Program-made: the position numbers and the translations under genes
Source: Octopus sinensis
Taxonomy: Eukaryota
Reading direction: 5' to 3'
DNA: 64,000 bases
Assembly (NCBI RefSeq): GCF_006345805.1
Contig: NC_043000.1
Location: 76,384,001 to 76,448,000 of the forward strand
Shown here: piece by piece, positions 36,620 through 48,773 of the stretch
How the letters are laid out: each line of letters starts with the position of its first letter
Position numbering within the stretch: the stretch's first letter is position 1
The notes under the pieces: generated by a model
Told to the model about the DNA's origin: nothing
What the model saw: the letters and a program-made list of their open reading frames with translations, nothing else
Database searches by the model: none

Positions 36620-37012
36620 AATGAACACAAGAATATCTGATTCATAATATTTGTTCTCATGCTCGTGTGTTGATTGTTGGTGACAGACATATACTTCAAA
36701 GAACGCCGCCGAAGTGATAGGAAGGTAGGAAACAGAGTCAGTGAAAAAGAAAGGAAATAGCGATAGTGACAGATACTTTAAATAACCGTAGTGGCATTCT
36801 GAAAGTTATAAATGAAGAGGAGTGACAGAGTACTGGAGGAAATAGGGTGAGGTAAGAAGATGGCCCCTAGAAACCACAGCTTTTAAGATAGGGATTTGTA
36901 AGGTAGCCCACGCGCATCGTCACCTCATTCTACATGTCCCTGTAAATTTTGGATCGAATCGGACGGGATGTAGTGGCATTGAAAGCGAACCAAGCGGTAA
37001 AAACGCATTTCA

Positions 37013-37020
<8 letters not shown>
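33846..37020 (-). mobile_element. Non-autonomous Helitron, array unit C
   Basis: Starts CTAG 33846-33849 with ACCCG/CGGGT hairpin; near-identical to unit B; 5' end runs into (TA)n. Confidence 0.85.
35227..36244 (+). mobile_element. Nested non-autonomous Helitron in unit C
   Basis: Same ends and position as 32177-33064, same ATAG variant, one extra ~100-bp internal repeat. Confidence 0.85.
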
Positions 37021-37084
<64 letters not shown>

Positions 37085-37094
<10 letters not shown>

Positions 37095-38815
37095 CAGTTT
37101 GTCTGTGTGTCTGTCAGGTTGTACCCTCAACCTGACCACGGCTTTCAACCGATTCTGATGAAACTTGACACACACATAGCCCAATGTCATAATTCAAAAC
37201 TAACGCAGCGAAAATTTTGAAAAGTTCCCTCAGTTTTGAAAAAAATCGATAAATTCGACATGGGGTCGAGAATCTAAACTTTTCATATGCAACACATTCT
37301 GTTGTAGTTTTCGCAACTTGTAATCGATTTTCACCAAACTCATGGTGAAGCTTAATGTTACACCAAGAAACTTAATTCTGACGTTAGTTTTCCATGCAAT
37401 ACCTTACCATCAGAAAAAATCGATAAAATCATGCCATTTTGGGAAATCGTGTTCAAATTCAAGATGACATATTTTCGACAATATCTTTAACAAATTGGCA
37501 GGAATTTTTTTTCAAATTCACAGCGAGCATCATGTCTGCTCCAAGGAGCTATATGGCCCTTTTTATTCCAATAGGATACTTTATTACTGGAAAAAAATCG
37601 GTTAATTAAATCATATGTGGCACACATAGCAAACCGATTTGTGTATTAAACACAAACCACAGACTGCCTAGGGGACGCAACTCGACCTTCTTTAACTCTC
37701 TTACTCCCCCAAATAACTATCAAACAGCTATCGATAATTCAACCCACAGGAGGAAATCTAGACTTAATCTTCAAGGTATCCCACATACAAACCAAAGATT
37801 ACATCGAAACCTCCAGACTAACCTAAATTTTGGTGAACCAATTCCTACCAGGAAGAACTTACCTCCGAGACTTTACCCCCAGCACAGCCACTTTAAGCAG
37901 TCAACGAGACAAAACATGACCAGACAACATAGCCTTGGCATACTTCTGCTAATCGCTGCTGCAGCCGCAAGTTATACGGATACTTTATTGGTTTAAACCT
38001 TCTTTATAACTACCACTCCAAACGTTTTACCTTAAATTTTTGACGAACCCTAAGGGTCCTCGGACGCTACTTGCAAACTCTTGGTTTATTATAAGCCGCT
38101 TTTATCCACTTCAGGCGTTCTCAGTTTCCTGTTAAACTCTGCTTCGCAATGTCCATCAATAAATCCCAAGACCAAATGCTACAAGTCGCTGGGTTACATT
38201 TGGGCGAACAGTGCTTCGCCCACGGTCAACTCTACGTGAGCTGTTCACGCGTTGGGAGGCGCCATGATGTTTTCATGTTTTCGCCCAAAGAGACAGCTAG
38301 GAACGTCGTATACACAGAAGTATTGGAGTGAAGAGAAGACGTTGCAACCTACACATGCGCCTTCGCTCCCTAGAGGGAAAGGGCTAGATCGGGATTAGTC
38401 GTTGCCTACTAAAGGCTCCCGAGCCCTCTTTCGCTAGACTTAAGTTAGGATTAGGTAGGGCTTAGCTGTGGTCCGAACCCAACTTGGGTTCGGGGGGGGG
38501 GGCAGTGTCAAAAGGGCCGGCATGTGCAACCTTATCACCTTTGCCTGTCAAACTCCCAACCCATGCGTTCCCGTCGCGACACTGATCCCGCAGAACTGGG
38601 TTGAGTGTGCTAAACAAAACCAGAAAATTCACTTTGACTGTCATAGATTTTCTTCATGCATGCAAGGGAACGGTGCTTTGAATGCCTTAATGCCTTTTAG
38701 GCTTCATTTTACAAAATAACGGTTCAATGAGTACAAAAAAGGGTAAAAAGGTAAAGAGCATTGCTTATCGACTAAGTTTCTTACATACCCGGGCAACGCC
38801 GGGCTATGCTGCTAG
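37085..38815 (+). mobile_element. Non-autonomous Helitron retaining the PIF1-type helicase C-terminus
   Basis: QFPVKLCFAMSINKSQDQ..CFAHGQLYVSCSRV (38110-38331); 3' hairpin CCCGG-GCAACG-CCGGG (38788-38803), then CTAG 38812-38815 followed by T; 5' end merges with (TA)n. Confidence 0.87.
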
Positions 38816-38869
38816 TATATATATATATATATATATACACACATTGAATATACATTCAAAATGTAACCG

Positions 38870-39066
38870 CGTGTGTACCGTTGGCGATTTTTTTCCTCTG
38901 TCTTCCTTTCTCTGGATCTTTCCTTCTCCTATGTTTCCGACGAAGAGCTCCGCTCGAAACGTTAAACCCTCCTTCTTTCCTTCTTTCCTGAGCGTCCAAT
39001 AATACTATATTTGTTCCACGTCCTCGCGTTGGTGTGTTTTTTTGTGCTTTCTTGTTTGGATTAACT
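38870..39066 (+). mobile_element. Solo PLE terminal-repeat fragment related to the PLE-2 3' end
   Basis: Shares GAAGAGC..GCTCGAAACGTTAAA and TTTCCTGAGCG(T/C)CA..AATAC with 12261-12331. Confidence 0.7.
38933..38967 (+). ncRNA. Minimal hammerhead-like motif (core CCGACGA, extra A)
   Basis: GTTT|CCGACGA|A|GAGC-TCC-GCTC|GAAA|CG|TT|AAAC. Confidence 0.62.
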
Positions 39067-39624
39067 ATACATACATACATACATACATACATACATACAT
39101 ACATACATGCATGCAGATATACTCATTCACACACATATGTGGTGTAAATTGTTTTATGTATTCGTATTATAGTGCCGTGTGTAGAAACTTCAAAGAAACA
39201 ATCCATTATTTGTTATCAGCTGTAAAGATTATAAAACAATTTCGATATAAGATTGTGTGGTTGCTATGTAACGTTTTGTTGAAGAATGAACACTAACAAG
39301 GATCGTTACGGTTCACAACATTAAAGTAGCAGAGAGTTAACCTTTTGGAAACTTGGGGCCATTTTACCCATATCTACCCTTCTACTTTATTTAACTCGCA
39401 CCCACTCTCTTTGTTTCGCTCGCATGTTTACGATGTGTGTTGATTTTATCGTCATTGAAGATTCCATTGTGCTGAAATCTGTAATTTACATCTGCAGTCC
39501 CTCATGCCATCAGAAAAAAAAATGCTACTAACGCGTCAGTAATTTATTTGCCAAACCAAGTGCCTAGTATCTATTGTTTATGCAAATCGGGCTAAAGGTT
39601 TTGATTTAATAAAACCTTTAATAG

Positions 39625-39812
39625 TTGGAATTTTGGGAGTAGGAGCTTGTCGACTACATCGACTCCAGGGCTTGACTGGTACTTATTTCATCGATCCCGA
39701 AGGGATGAAAAGCAAAGTCGACCTCGATGGTATTTGAACTGAGAACTTAAAGACGGACGAAATGCCGTAGAGGATTTTTTTGTTCGGCATGCTAATGATT
39801 CTGCCAGCTCGC
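39625..39812 (-). mobile_element. tRNA-derived SINE (second family), 5' part
   Basis: Minus strand GGCGAGCTGGCAGAATC.TTAGCATGCCG...GTTCAAAT...GAGGTCGACTTTGCTTTTCATCCC. Confidence 0.75.
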
Positions 39813-39889
39813 CGTTTTAATAAGACCTTTAATAATAATAAATGTATGTGCATGTATGTATATATGTGCGTGCATATATATGTATAAAT

Positions 39890-40039
39890 ATAGGCGTGGC
39901 TGTGTGGTAAGAAGCATGCTTCCCAACTACATGTTTCTGGGTTCAATCCTACTGCGTGGCACTCTGGGCAAGTGTCTTTTACTATTGCCTAGGGCCGACC
40001 TTGTGAGTTGATTTGGCAGACGAAAACTGAAAGAAGCCC

Positions 40040-40040
<1 letters not shown>
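39890..40040 (+). mobile_element. tRNA-derived SINE 5' half
   Basis: GGCGTGGCTGTGTGGTAAGAAGCATGCTTCCCAACTACATG..GGGTTCAATCCTACTGCGTGGCAC..GGGCAAGTG. Confidence 0.8.
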
Positions 40041-41360
<1,320 letters not shown>

Positions 41361-42421
41361 TGTATGTATGTATGTATGTATGTATGTATGTATGTATGTA
41401 TGTATGTGTGTGAGTGTGTGTCTCTCTCTCTCTCTATACATATATATGCATATATATATATATATATATATGTACATATATAGAGATAGATATATATATA
41501 TATATATGTATATATGTATATATTTATATGTGTGTATAAATATGAATTTGTGTATATATATATATATATATATACATATACCTATACATACATACATACA
41601 TACATACATACATACATACATACATACATGTATGTATGTATGTATGACCGAAACCCGTACGTTTATTCTGTACTATCATAAACTGGGCTAAAGCGTCTGT
41701 AATTTTGATGTACATATTTATAGTTCTCATAACATTGTTTCATTACGCTTATGTCTTCGATTCCGTTCCTTAGTTAAGGTGGTTTGCGGTGTAACACTCG
41801 GTCACATGTAAGAAGGTAAGCTAGAAACAAGTAGAAGGCTTTAGATTATAATTAGTCGTATATTCTCTCGTGTTCGCATAGATTAACTAGTGTATCTATT
41901 GACAAAATGGCAGACAGATATTACCCGGCGACGCCATATGCACACAGACATATCACTCAAGTTAGGACTATCGTATTTACTGTAATAAGGAAAAAGCTAA
42001 TTAATTAATACATGATACTTGAAATCATTACTTTTATGAATAACATCAATTTATGCTGGTTGCCACCAATCTTCGCAAGTCGTAATAATTTTTGACATCT
42101 GTTGTACATCATTGTATGCCAATATAATGATTCTCTTATCATTAATTTGGCAAGTACCAAGAAAGTTATGCTTCGCTAAGGAAGTCAAATAAAACCGAAA
42201 CACGTCTGTAGTTGTAGTCTATACTTGTCAGGATATGAGCTAATGACTTTTTTCAACATATAAATATTATTAGATAATTAGATGTTTTTTTCTCATTACA
42301 TTAAGCACGATGGAACTAAATATGTAGATTTATTTCAGCTTGGCAGAGTATATTTCAGCTCAAACTACACACACGCGCGCATAAGCACATCTCTCTTTCT
42401 CTGTATCTATCTATCTATACG

Positions 42422-42473
<52 letters not shown>

Positions 42474-42616
42474 ATAGAAATATGTTACAAAAGGAAAATA
42501 GAAACTACACGTGGAAATGTAACGAGAAAGTAAGAATGTAAGGGGAAAGTAAGAAGAAAAATAATCGAAAATGCACATTGGAAATAAAAAAAAGTAAAGG
42601 CTTTTTTGAAAAGTGA

Positions 42617-42639
<23 letters not shown>

Positions 42640-42651
<12 letters not shown>

Positions 42652-43060
42652 GATGATCTGAGGTAGGAATAAAAGTAATCAAAGTCATTATTGTGAGTTG
42701 TTAAAGAGATTCAAAAGCATACCGGTTTCGTGAATTTACTAATCATTGCTTTGAATGCACATTGATCAATGAACGGTGTCAGGTCTACTAGTGCCTGAGT
42801 AAAACGATTATGTGTAAGGGAGGTAAGTATTCTTGAATTTGGTGCAATTAGAGTAGATATAGATCTGTAATGTGAATGATGTATGGGATGTATGTGGGTT
42901 AGTGGTATTAATTGAAAAGTTAGTAGTGTTCTGTATTATGTTTTGTGTTCATATTGAGTTGTGGAAGATATTTATTGATGAAAATTGCCTCGTTATTCAT
43001 TCTTTGTTGTACTGAGGTGTTCTGTGAACATTGATAGAAGGTGGTGGGGGCGGTAGAGAA
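42640..43060 (-). mobile_element. PLE-3 3' remnant (GIY-YIG C-terminus plus terminal repeat)
   Basis: Minus-strand FYQCSQNTSVQQRMNNEAIFINKYLPQLN matches the PLE-1 C-terminus pattern (FYQF..QRISKENLFITKYKPLLN); HHR motif downstream. Confidence 0.72.
42710..42755 (-). ncRNA. Minimal type-I hammerhead motif in PLE-3 (core AUGAUUA, A3-U8)
   Basis: TTCAAAGCA|ATGATTA|GT-AAATTC-AC|GAAA|CCGG|TA|TGCTTTTGAA: stem I 6+3 bp, same ACCGGT stem III and GUA site as the PLE-1 motif; stem II only 2 bp. Confidence 0.65.
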
Positions 43061-43259
43061 AAAGGAGGCGTTGGGAGGAAGGCAGTGAATTGGGAGACGC
43101 TATGAATTTATTATATTATTATATAATATTATATTAAATATCAAAAGATTCATAGTATATATAAATTAGTAAAATATAAAATATTTATTTATACATAAAA
43201 ATAGGGGTGGGGGCGCTGAGGGTATTATGTTGCCACGGGAGGGGCGGTAGCCCCAAAAG

Positions 43260-46120
43260 TTGGAAAACCTCTGATATAGACAATAAAAAGAAGTGGGCCC
43301 AGTACAGTACCCTGCGGGACTCTGCTGCTGACTTTTGCTGGTCTTGAGTGAATGCCATCAACCACAACATGCTGTCCTGTTTGTTAGGAAATACCAAATC
43401 CATTGAAGTAACTTTCCACCGATTCCAGCGTTGGATAGTTTTCTTAACAGTATATTGCGGTCGACTCTGTCAAAGGCCTTGCTGAAGTCAAGGTATATGA
43501 CATCCGCCTTGAAGCCCTCACTTAGTGCATTTAAGATGTCATTAAAGTGGTGGAGGAGCTGTGTTAAACAGTCCCTCCCACCACGAAAGCCATGCTGGTT
43601 GCAATTTAGGAGATGATTATATTCTAGGAAGGCTGTTTTTCTTGATCTCAACACTCTGTTAAATACTTTGATGATATGTGAGGTGAGTGAGATTGGACAG
43701 TAGTTAACAGGGAGCGATTTATACCCCCTTTTAAAGTTAGGAACGACTGACTGGGAGAGATTTGCAAGTGGAGCTGTAAGTTGCTGCCTGCATTCCTTCA
43801 ACACTCTAGTAGGGAACCTGTCCGGAGCCACTGCTGAATTAGGTTTGATTTCTTTTATTGCTGCTACGATATCAGAGGCATCGAAGGTTATGTCGGAAAG
43901 GACATGTTGAGGATTCAAAGAAGCAAAGCTGCTTGAGTCAGCTGAATCAGGGTCTCTGAAAACAGAGCAGTATTGACTTTGCAGGATCTCAGACAGGTCT
44001 TTGGCATCACTGTGAAGGATGTCGTTTCCGTCAATCAGTGGGCCGATAGAGGAAACTGTGTTCCTATGTGTTTTTGCAAAGGAGTAAAAGACCTTACGAT
44101 TATTATTGATGTTTTTAATAGCCCAGGATTCTTCTATAGCTCTTTGGTCGTTTATGAGGGTTCTCATACAGTCCTGAAGTTGTTGCTTCTTTGATTCCAA
44201 GGTTGTTAATGTTCTCGATTGGGGATGATGCTGATGGTGGTATTTTAGAGTACTGATTTTTCGGTTTATTCTTTTTATTCTCCCGGTGAGCACTTTTCTC
44301 TGTTTTGGAATCCTGTATCTACTATTATTTATAAGTCGCGATAGTGTGAGTTCTGAGCATATGTGGGTGACTGTATCCTCAAATAATTGCCATGCGTCTG
44401 TGTTTGTTGTGGTATTGGAGGAAGCAAGGGTGAAGGACCAATCCACTTGCGATAAGTCTTGAGTAATCGCACTCCAGTTTGACTTGTGTAAATTCATATT
44501 ATCAAATGGGTGCACTGGAGTTAGTGATTTATGCCAAATGTTTGGATGCTGAAGATTGAGAGTACAGAGTACTATGTCATGATCGGACAGAAGGGTTCTT
44601 TCCAATGTGATGTTATGAATAGTGTTAGCATGGTTGCTTAGCACTAGGTCCAAAAATTTTGGTTCTTTCTGGTTGGTTCATGGATGAGTTGTGACAGGAA
44701 AATAATTATCCACAAGTTTAAAAAGTAACTCCACTGCTGCTTTGTCTAAGCTTGAAGTGAAGGTTCTTGGTCTAACAATATTAGTGGACCAATCTACCTA
44801 GAGTAGGTTAAAGTCGTCTATCATCAGAATATCTCCCGGGTTATATTGCAGGATGAAAGATTTGATCTTCTCGAGGCACTCTTGGATATATTGTAAGGGT
44901 GTTTGTGGGGGTGGGGGTCTGTAGCGCTCAATCACAGACAGGTCTTTACCCTTGTTGTGTACAGAGAGTGATTCGTAGTAGCCGTTGGAGAAAATGTCCT
45001 TGGCATCTGCGCTGAACGAATCATGGAGGAAAACTGTAACTCCACCTTTTCTTCGGCCTGCCCGATCAGCACGAATGGCAGTGAAGTCTCTGATTTTCAG
45101 TTCAGCTTCTAAATGACGGTCGTTTAGGTGGGTCTCAGTTAGAACAAAGAAAGGGATTGGATGTGAGTGTGCTGCAATCCATCCTCAATGTAGGGTATTT
45201 TCCATTTTTGAGCCTTGATGTATGGGTTGATACCTAGGGTATTAAGGAGGAATGTCGTTGTTAAGGCAGCAGGTTCGTTGCGTTTCTTCAGGATCCTCAC
45301 ATCATGTTTGTTGTTGTTGTTGTTGCTACTCAGTGGCAATAGCAAGGATGTTTTTCACCTTGGGTTGATATTAGAGGTTGAATACTTCTCTGGATTTCTT
45401 TCGCCAGATTCAACATGGTTAAAAAGAAGTTTGGTTTCTCGAGTCAATGCAGTAGTTGTTGTACTACTGGATACGATCACAAATAATTTTATTACATTTG
45501 TTTTTTTTTGGCTTGGCTTTCTGTTCCTCGATTTATGTGGGGGAAAGGAAACATTTTTGCCGTAGTAGGCGATACAGTTATTGTGGTGATTGGAGATTGT
45601 GGAGTTGGGATAAGGAGCAGGTTTGGCGTGGTTAGTTCAGTTGTGGGGAGCACTCACAATATCACCACTTTTCTTAGTGCCACTATATTTACTAATGGAT
45701 CCTCTAGTTCCCGGTAGGTAGGTAAAAGGGCAGCTTTGTTGCAAACATAGTCTCTCATGAAGAGAATAGCGGCAGATATTGGGATTCCATTTTGTTTGTG
45801 TAAGAGGAGTTTGATGTGGTTGTTTGTTCATGGATGTGCCATAGTTGATGCGTCTAGTTCCTGGGAGGTGAGAGAAAAGACAGTCTTGTCGCAAACACAT
45901 CCTCTCACGGAGGGAATAACGGCAGATTTTTGGGTTCCGTTTTGTTTGTGGGGTGGGATATGTGGCAATTGTTTGTTTACGGAAGATTTAGAGGTGAATG
46001 ATTCAGGGAATGATGTGGTAAGGGTTGTTCTTGGTGAACTTGGTTGGGCTGAGATGTTAGTCATCCTATTGCTGGGTTGTAACGGTGAAGGACTGGTAAG
46101 GGTTGTTTCTGTATGCATTT
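43260..46120 (-). mobile_element. CR1-group LINE (LINE-c), 3'-truncated; ORF1 with two CCCH repeats, APE and part of RT
   Basis: LTETHLND, RADRAGRRKGGVTVF, MDLVLSNH, YCPISLTSH, IYLDFSKAFDRVDR, VPQGTVLGPLLF; ORF1 ICRYSLRERMCLRQDCLFSH. Confidence 0.88.
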
Positions 46121-46983
46121 ATACATGTATATGTATGTTTCAGAAGCTATTAGAATAATGGAATAAAAGTCAGTCATAAGAGATCTCCCAAAGATCTATT
46201 TCCTTAAGTTTTAACTACTGTTTCTGGCACACATATTTACGCAATTTTGATTTTGAAGTATTTAAAAAATTATTTGGAAATTATAAAGAGAAATGAATGG
46301 TAGATTCGGACTGTCCGTATTTTAAAACAACGAATTAAAAAAAAAAAATTATGTGTGTCAGATTTTTTCTCCAGAAGTTCATGGCTTCATAGGAATAAGC
46401 ATGGAAAACTGCATCAAGATAACCAATTTTCAGATTTTTTACTTCCTCTTAAAAAATGCAGATTTTGTGAATAAAACAAACTAGATCCTGAATAAGAAAT
46501 GAATGTTTAATATGACAAATTTTCAGATTTTCTTACGTCATTTTAAAAGGGGGCTGATTTTGTGACTCAAACTAACTAGATCCAAGTACAGTGAATACCA
46601 TCCTCCACAATTTGCTACTTAAATGAAGTACATATGTATTTCAACAATTTCTCTCTTGAGCATAAAAAAATCCTCTTCCCGAATGACAATAACTTATATG
46701 TCAGATTGTTGCACAAGTTCTAGCTGTTTTGATAAGGGAAATTGGAAAGGTTTGAAATGATTTCATCGGCATTTACTTGTACGAAAGGGCATTCTTTCGA
46801 TAGACAACACGTTGATCTCATAAGTGTCGCGTGGTGGAAATAAACGCAATTACCAAACTTACAATTCATTATTTCGTTCTTTTTTTTTTTTTTGCATTTT
46901 AATTTGTAAATAACGACGTCCTTATCTGCTGATATCAAAATAAGTAGTATAAGGGGTGTGGTGGCCATTTGTGACTCCAAGGG

Positions 46984-47283
46984 TTAAAAGGGGGCCTTCG
47001 GCCAAAATGGGTTGAGAATCTTTGGTTTAGTAGAATCGGCGAATATTAAGAGGAGTATTGTAAGATGCTCCTTAACGAGGTGGTAGGATTTTGAAATAGG
47101 CTTTAATTTAGATTCCACTTGTTTTGCTGTTCGATTGTCAAAAAGTGGTACAATTTTAGAAGCAACGTCACTGAGGAATGACGCTTGTGTATTGGCTTTT
47201 TGTGAAAGGTCAAGCCAGCAGTTGAGAAGCATAGCAATTTCATTCTCTGTCCACTGAAGTTTCTTTTGGGCTATTTTGCTCAT
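46984..47283 (-). CDS. Myb/SANT-like (trihelix-type) DNA-binding ORF; possibly a PIF/Harbinger accessory-gene relic
   Basis: WTENEIAMLLNCW...VASKI...RTAKQVESKLKPISKSYH fits the W-x-x-x-E...RT..Q...K....Y pattern of this family; C-terminus looks degenerate. Confidence 0.55.
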   Translation of the reverse strand: MSKIAQKKLQWTENEIAMLLNCWLDLSQKANTQASFLSDVASKIVPLFDNRTAKQVESKLKPISKSYHLVKEHLTILLLIFADSTKPKILNPFWPKAPF

Positions 47284-48074
47284 GGTAATAGTAGTTACTA
47301 TCTTTTCTTCCGTTCGTTTTGCTAGTCAATAATTTAGGTGGATTCTCTCCCCCCCCCGTTATGTGATGGAGAAAAATAGTTTTGAAAGTGAAGGGTGTTT
47401 GAGTTTTGCAAAATTATGTGATAGTTTAAAATGTATAATCTTGTGTATGTGACCGTTAGTTTTAAACAGAAATATACGAGGGAAAAGTCATGGTGACAGT
47501 AGTTGCTGTAAAGTGATTTTCCTTCTGTTTGTTATGTGTCTTTTCCTTCACTCATTTTTGCTAGTCAATAATTTAGGTGGTATAGGCTTTTCTCTATATG
47601 ATAGAGAAAAGATGATTTCGAAATGAAGGATGTTTGAGTTTTGCGAAATTTTGTGATAGTTTGATATGTATAATCTTGTATTTGTAGCCGTTGGATTTAA
47701 ACAGAGAGAATTAAACAGATTATGAATGAAAAGTCAAAAGTGTGTGTATAAATTCTGACTGCTCAATGAATTTAATAAAATCATAGGATGCAAGTGTACG
47801 TACACATACGTATATATTTAATAAAATCACAGGAGAAATTTACACTGTACTCACGAGAAATTATTTGTTTTTCCATATGTTATTGCAGGCACTATGGGGT
47901 CAGATTTAAACTCCTGTTGGTTTCATATCGCAGCTTTTGCAAGAATTAGGAATTTAAAAAATTTGAAATGTTTGAGTTGAGTTGGTTTCTGTTTCTTCAA
48001 ATACTTACTAAGCAGAGCGAAAAACACGTCTGGTTGACAGGGCTGCCTTTATATATTATTTTTCTCTCTCTCTC

Positions 48075-48773
48075 TTTTCTTTTTGCGATGGCTGAAACGA
48101 AAGAACAGCGTGCTTTCGTGAAATTATGTTTTCTTTTTGCGGTGGCCGAAACAGAAGTCATGCTTCAAACAGCTTACAAGGACGCTGCCATGAGTAAAAC
48201 AGAAATTTGCGAGTAGTTTTCACGCTTCCGGAACGGTTACTTGTCGGTAAAAGACCAACTTCGTTCAGGGCGACAACCGACCTCCCGAACGAATGAAAAC
48301 ATGAAAATTCATGAACTGATCTTGGAGGACTGTCACTGAACAATTGACAAACTTGTTGATATGACTGGTATGTCCTGGAGCACCTGCCAACGAGTTTAAA
48401 GCGAAGAATTGCGAATGAAAAGAGTTGCAGCAAAATTTGTGCCTCGCGTGCTCACGGAAGATCAAAAGCAATCACGGCTGAATGTGAGTCGTGAACAGAA
48501 AGTACAGTTGGAAGTTGATCCGGACCTTTGTTCGAAGGTCATCACTGTTGATGGAAGCTGGTGCTACGGAATTTGGAGAGGTGGAAGAAATGAAGAAAAA
48601 AACGACGAAGGCGTTAAAATGCAACACTTCACAAGAGTTCTAGGACTTCTTCCGCCAGTGGAAAACGTGTTTGGACCGATACATTGCTTCAAATGGGGAA
48701 TACTTTGAAGGCGATAAAGGTGTAAAATGTAAAACATTGCAAAATTCCGGTTTCTTTTGGGTACTCCCTCTTA
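48075..48773 (+). mobile_element. Defective mariner (copy 2), catalytic core deleted, right TIR present
   Basis: Same HTH and same stops as copy 1; jumps from SWCYG to the C-terminal FRQWKTCLDRYIASNGEYFEGD; TIR ATTCCGGTTTCTTTTGGGTACTCCCTCTTA. Confidence 0.88.

Noticed and set aside
41775-41822. Possible micro-exon (CCTTAG...AAG|GTAAGC)
   Set aside because: Stops in all three frames and no partner exons seen
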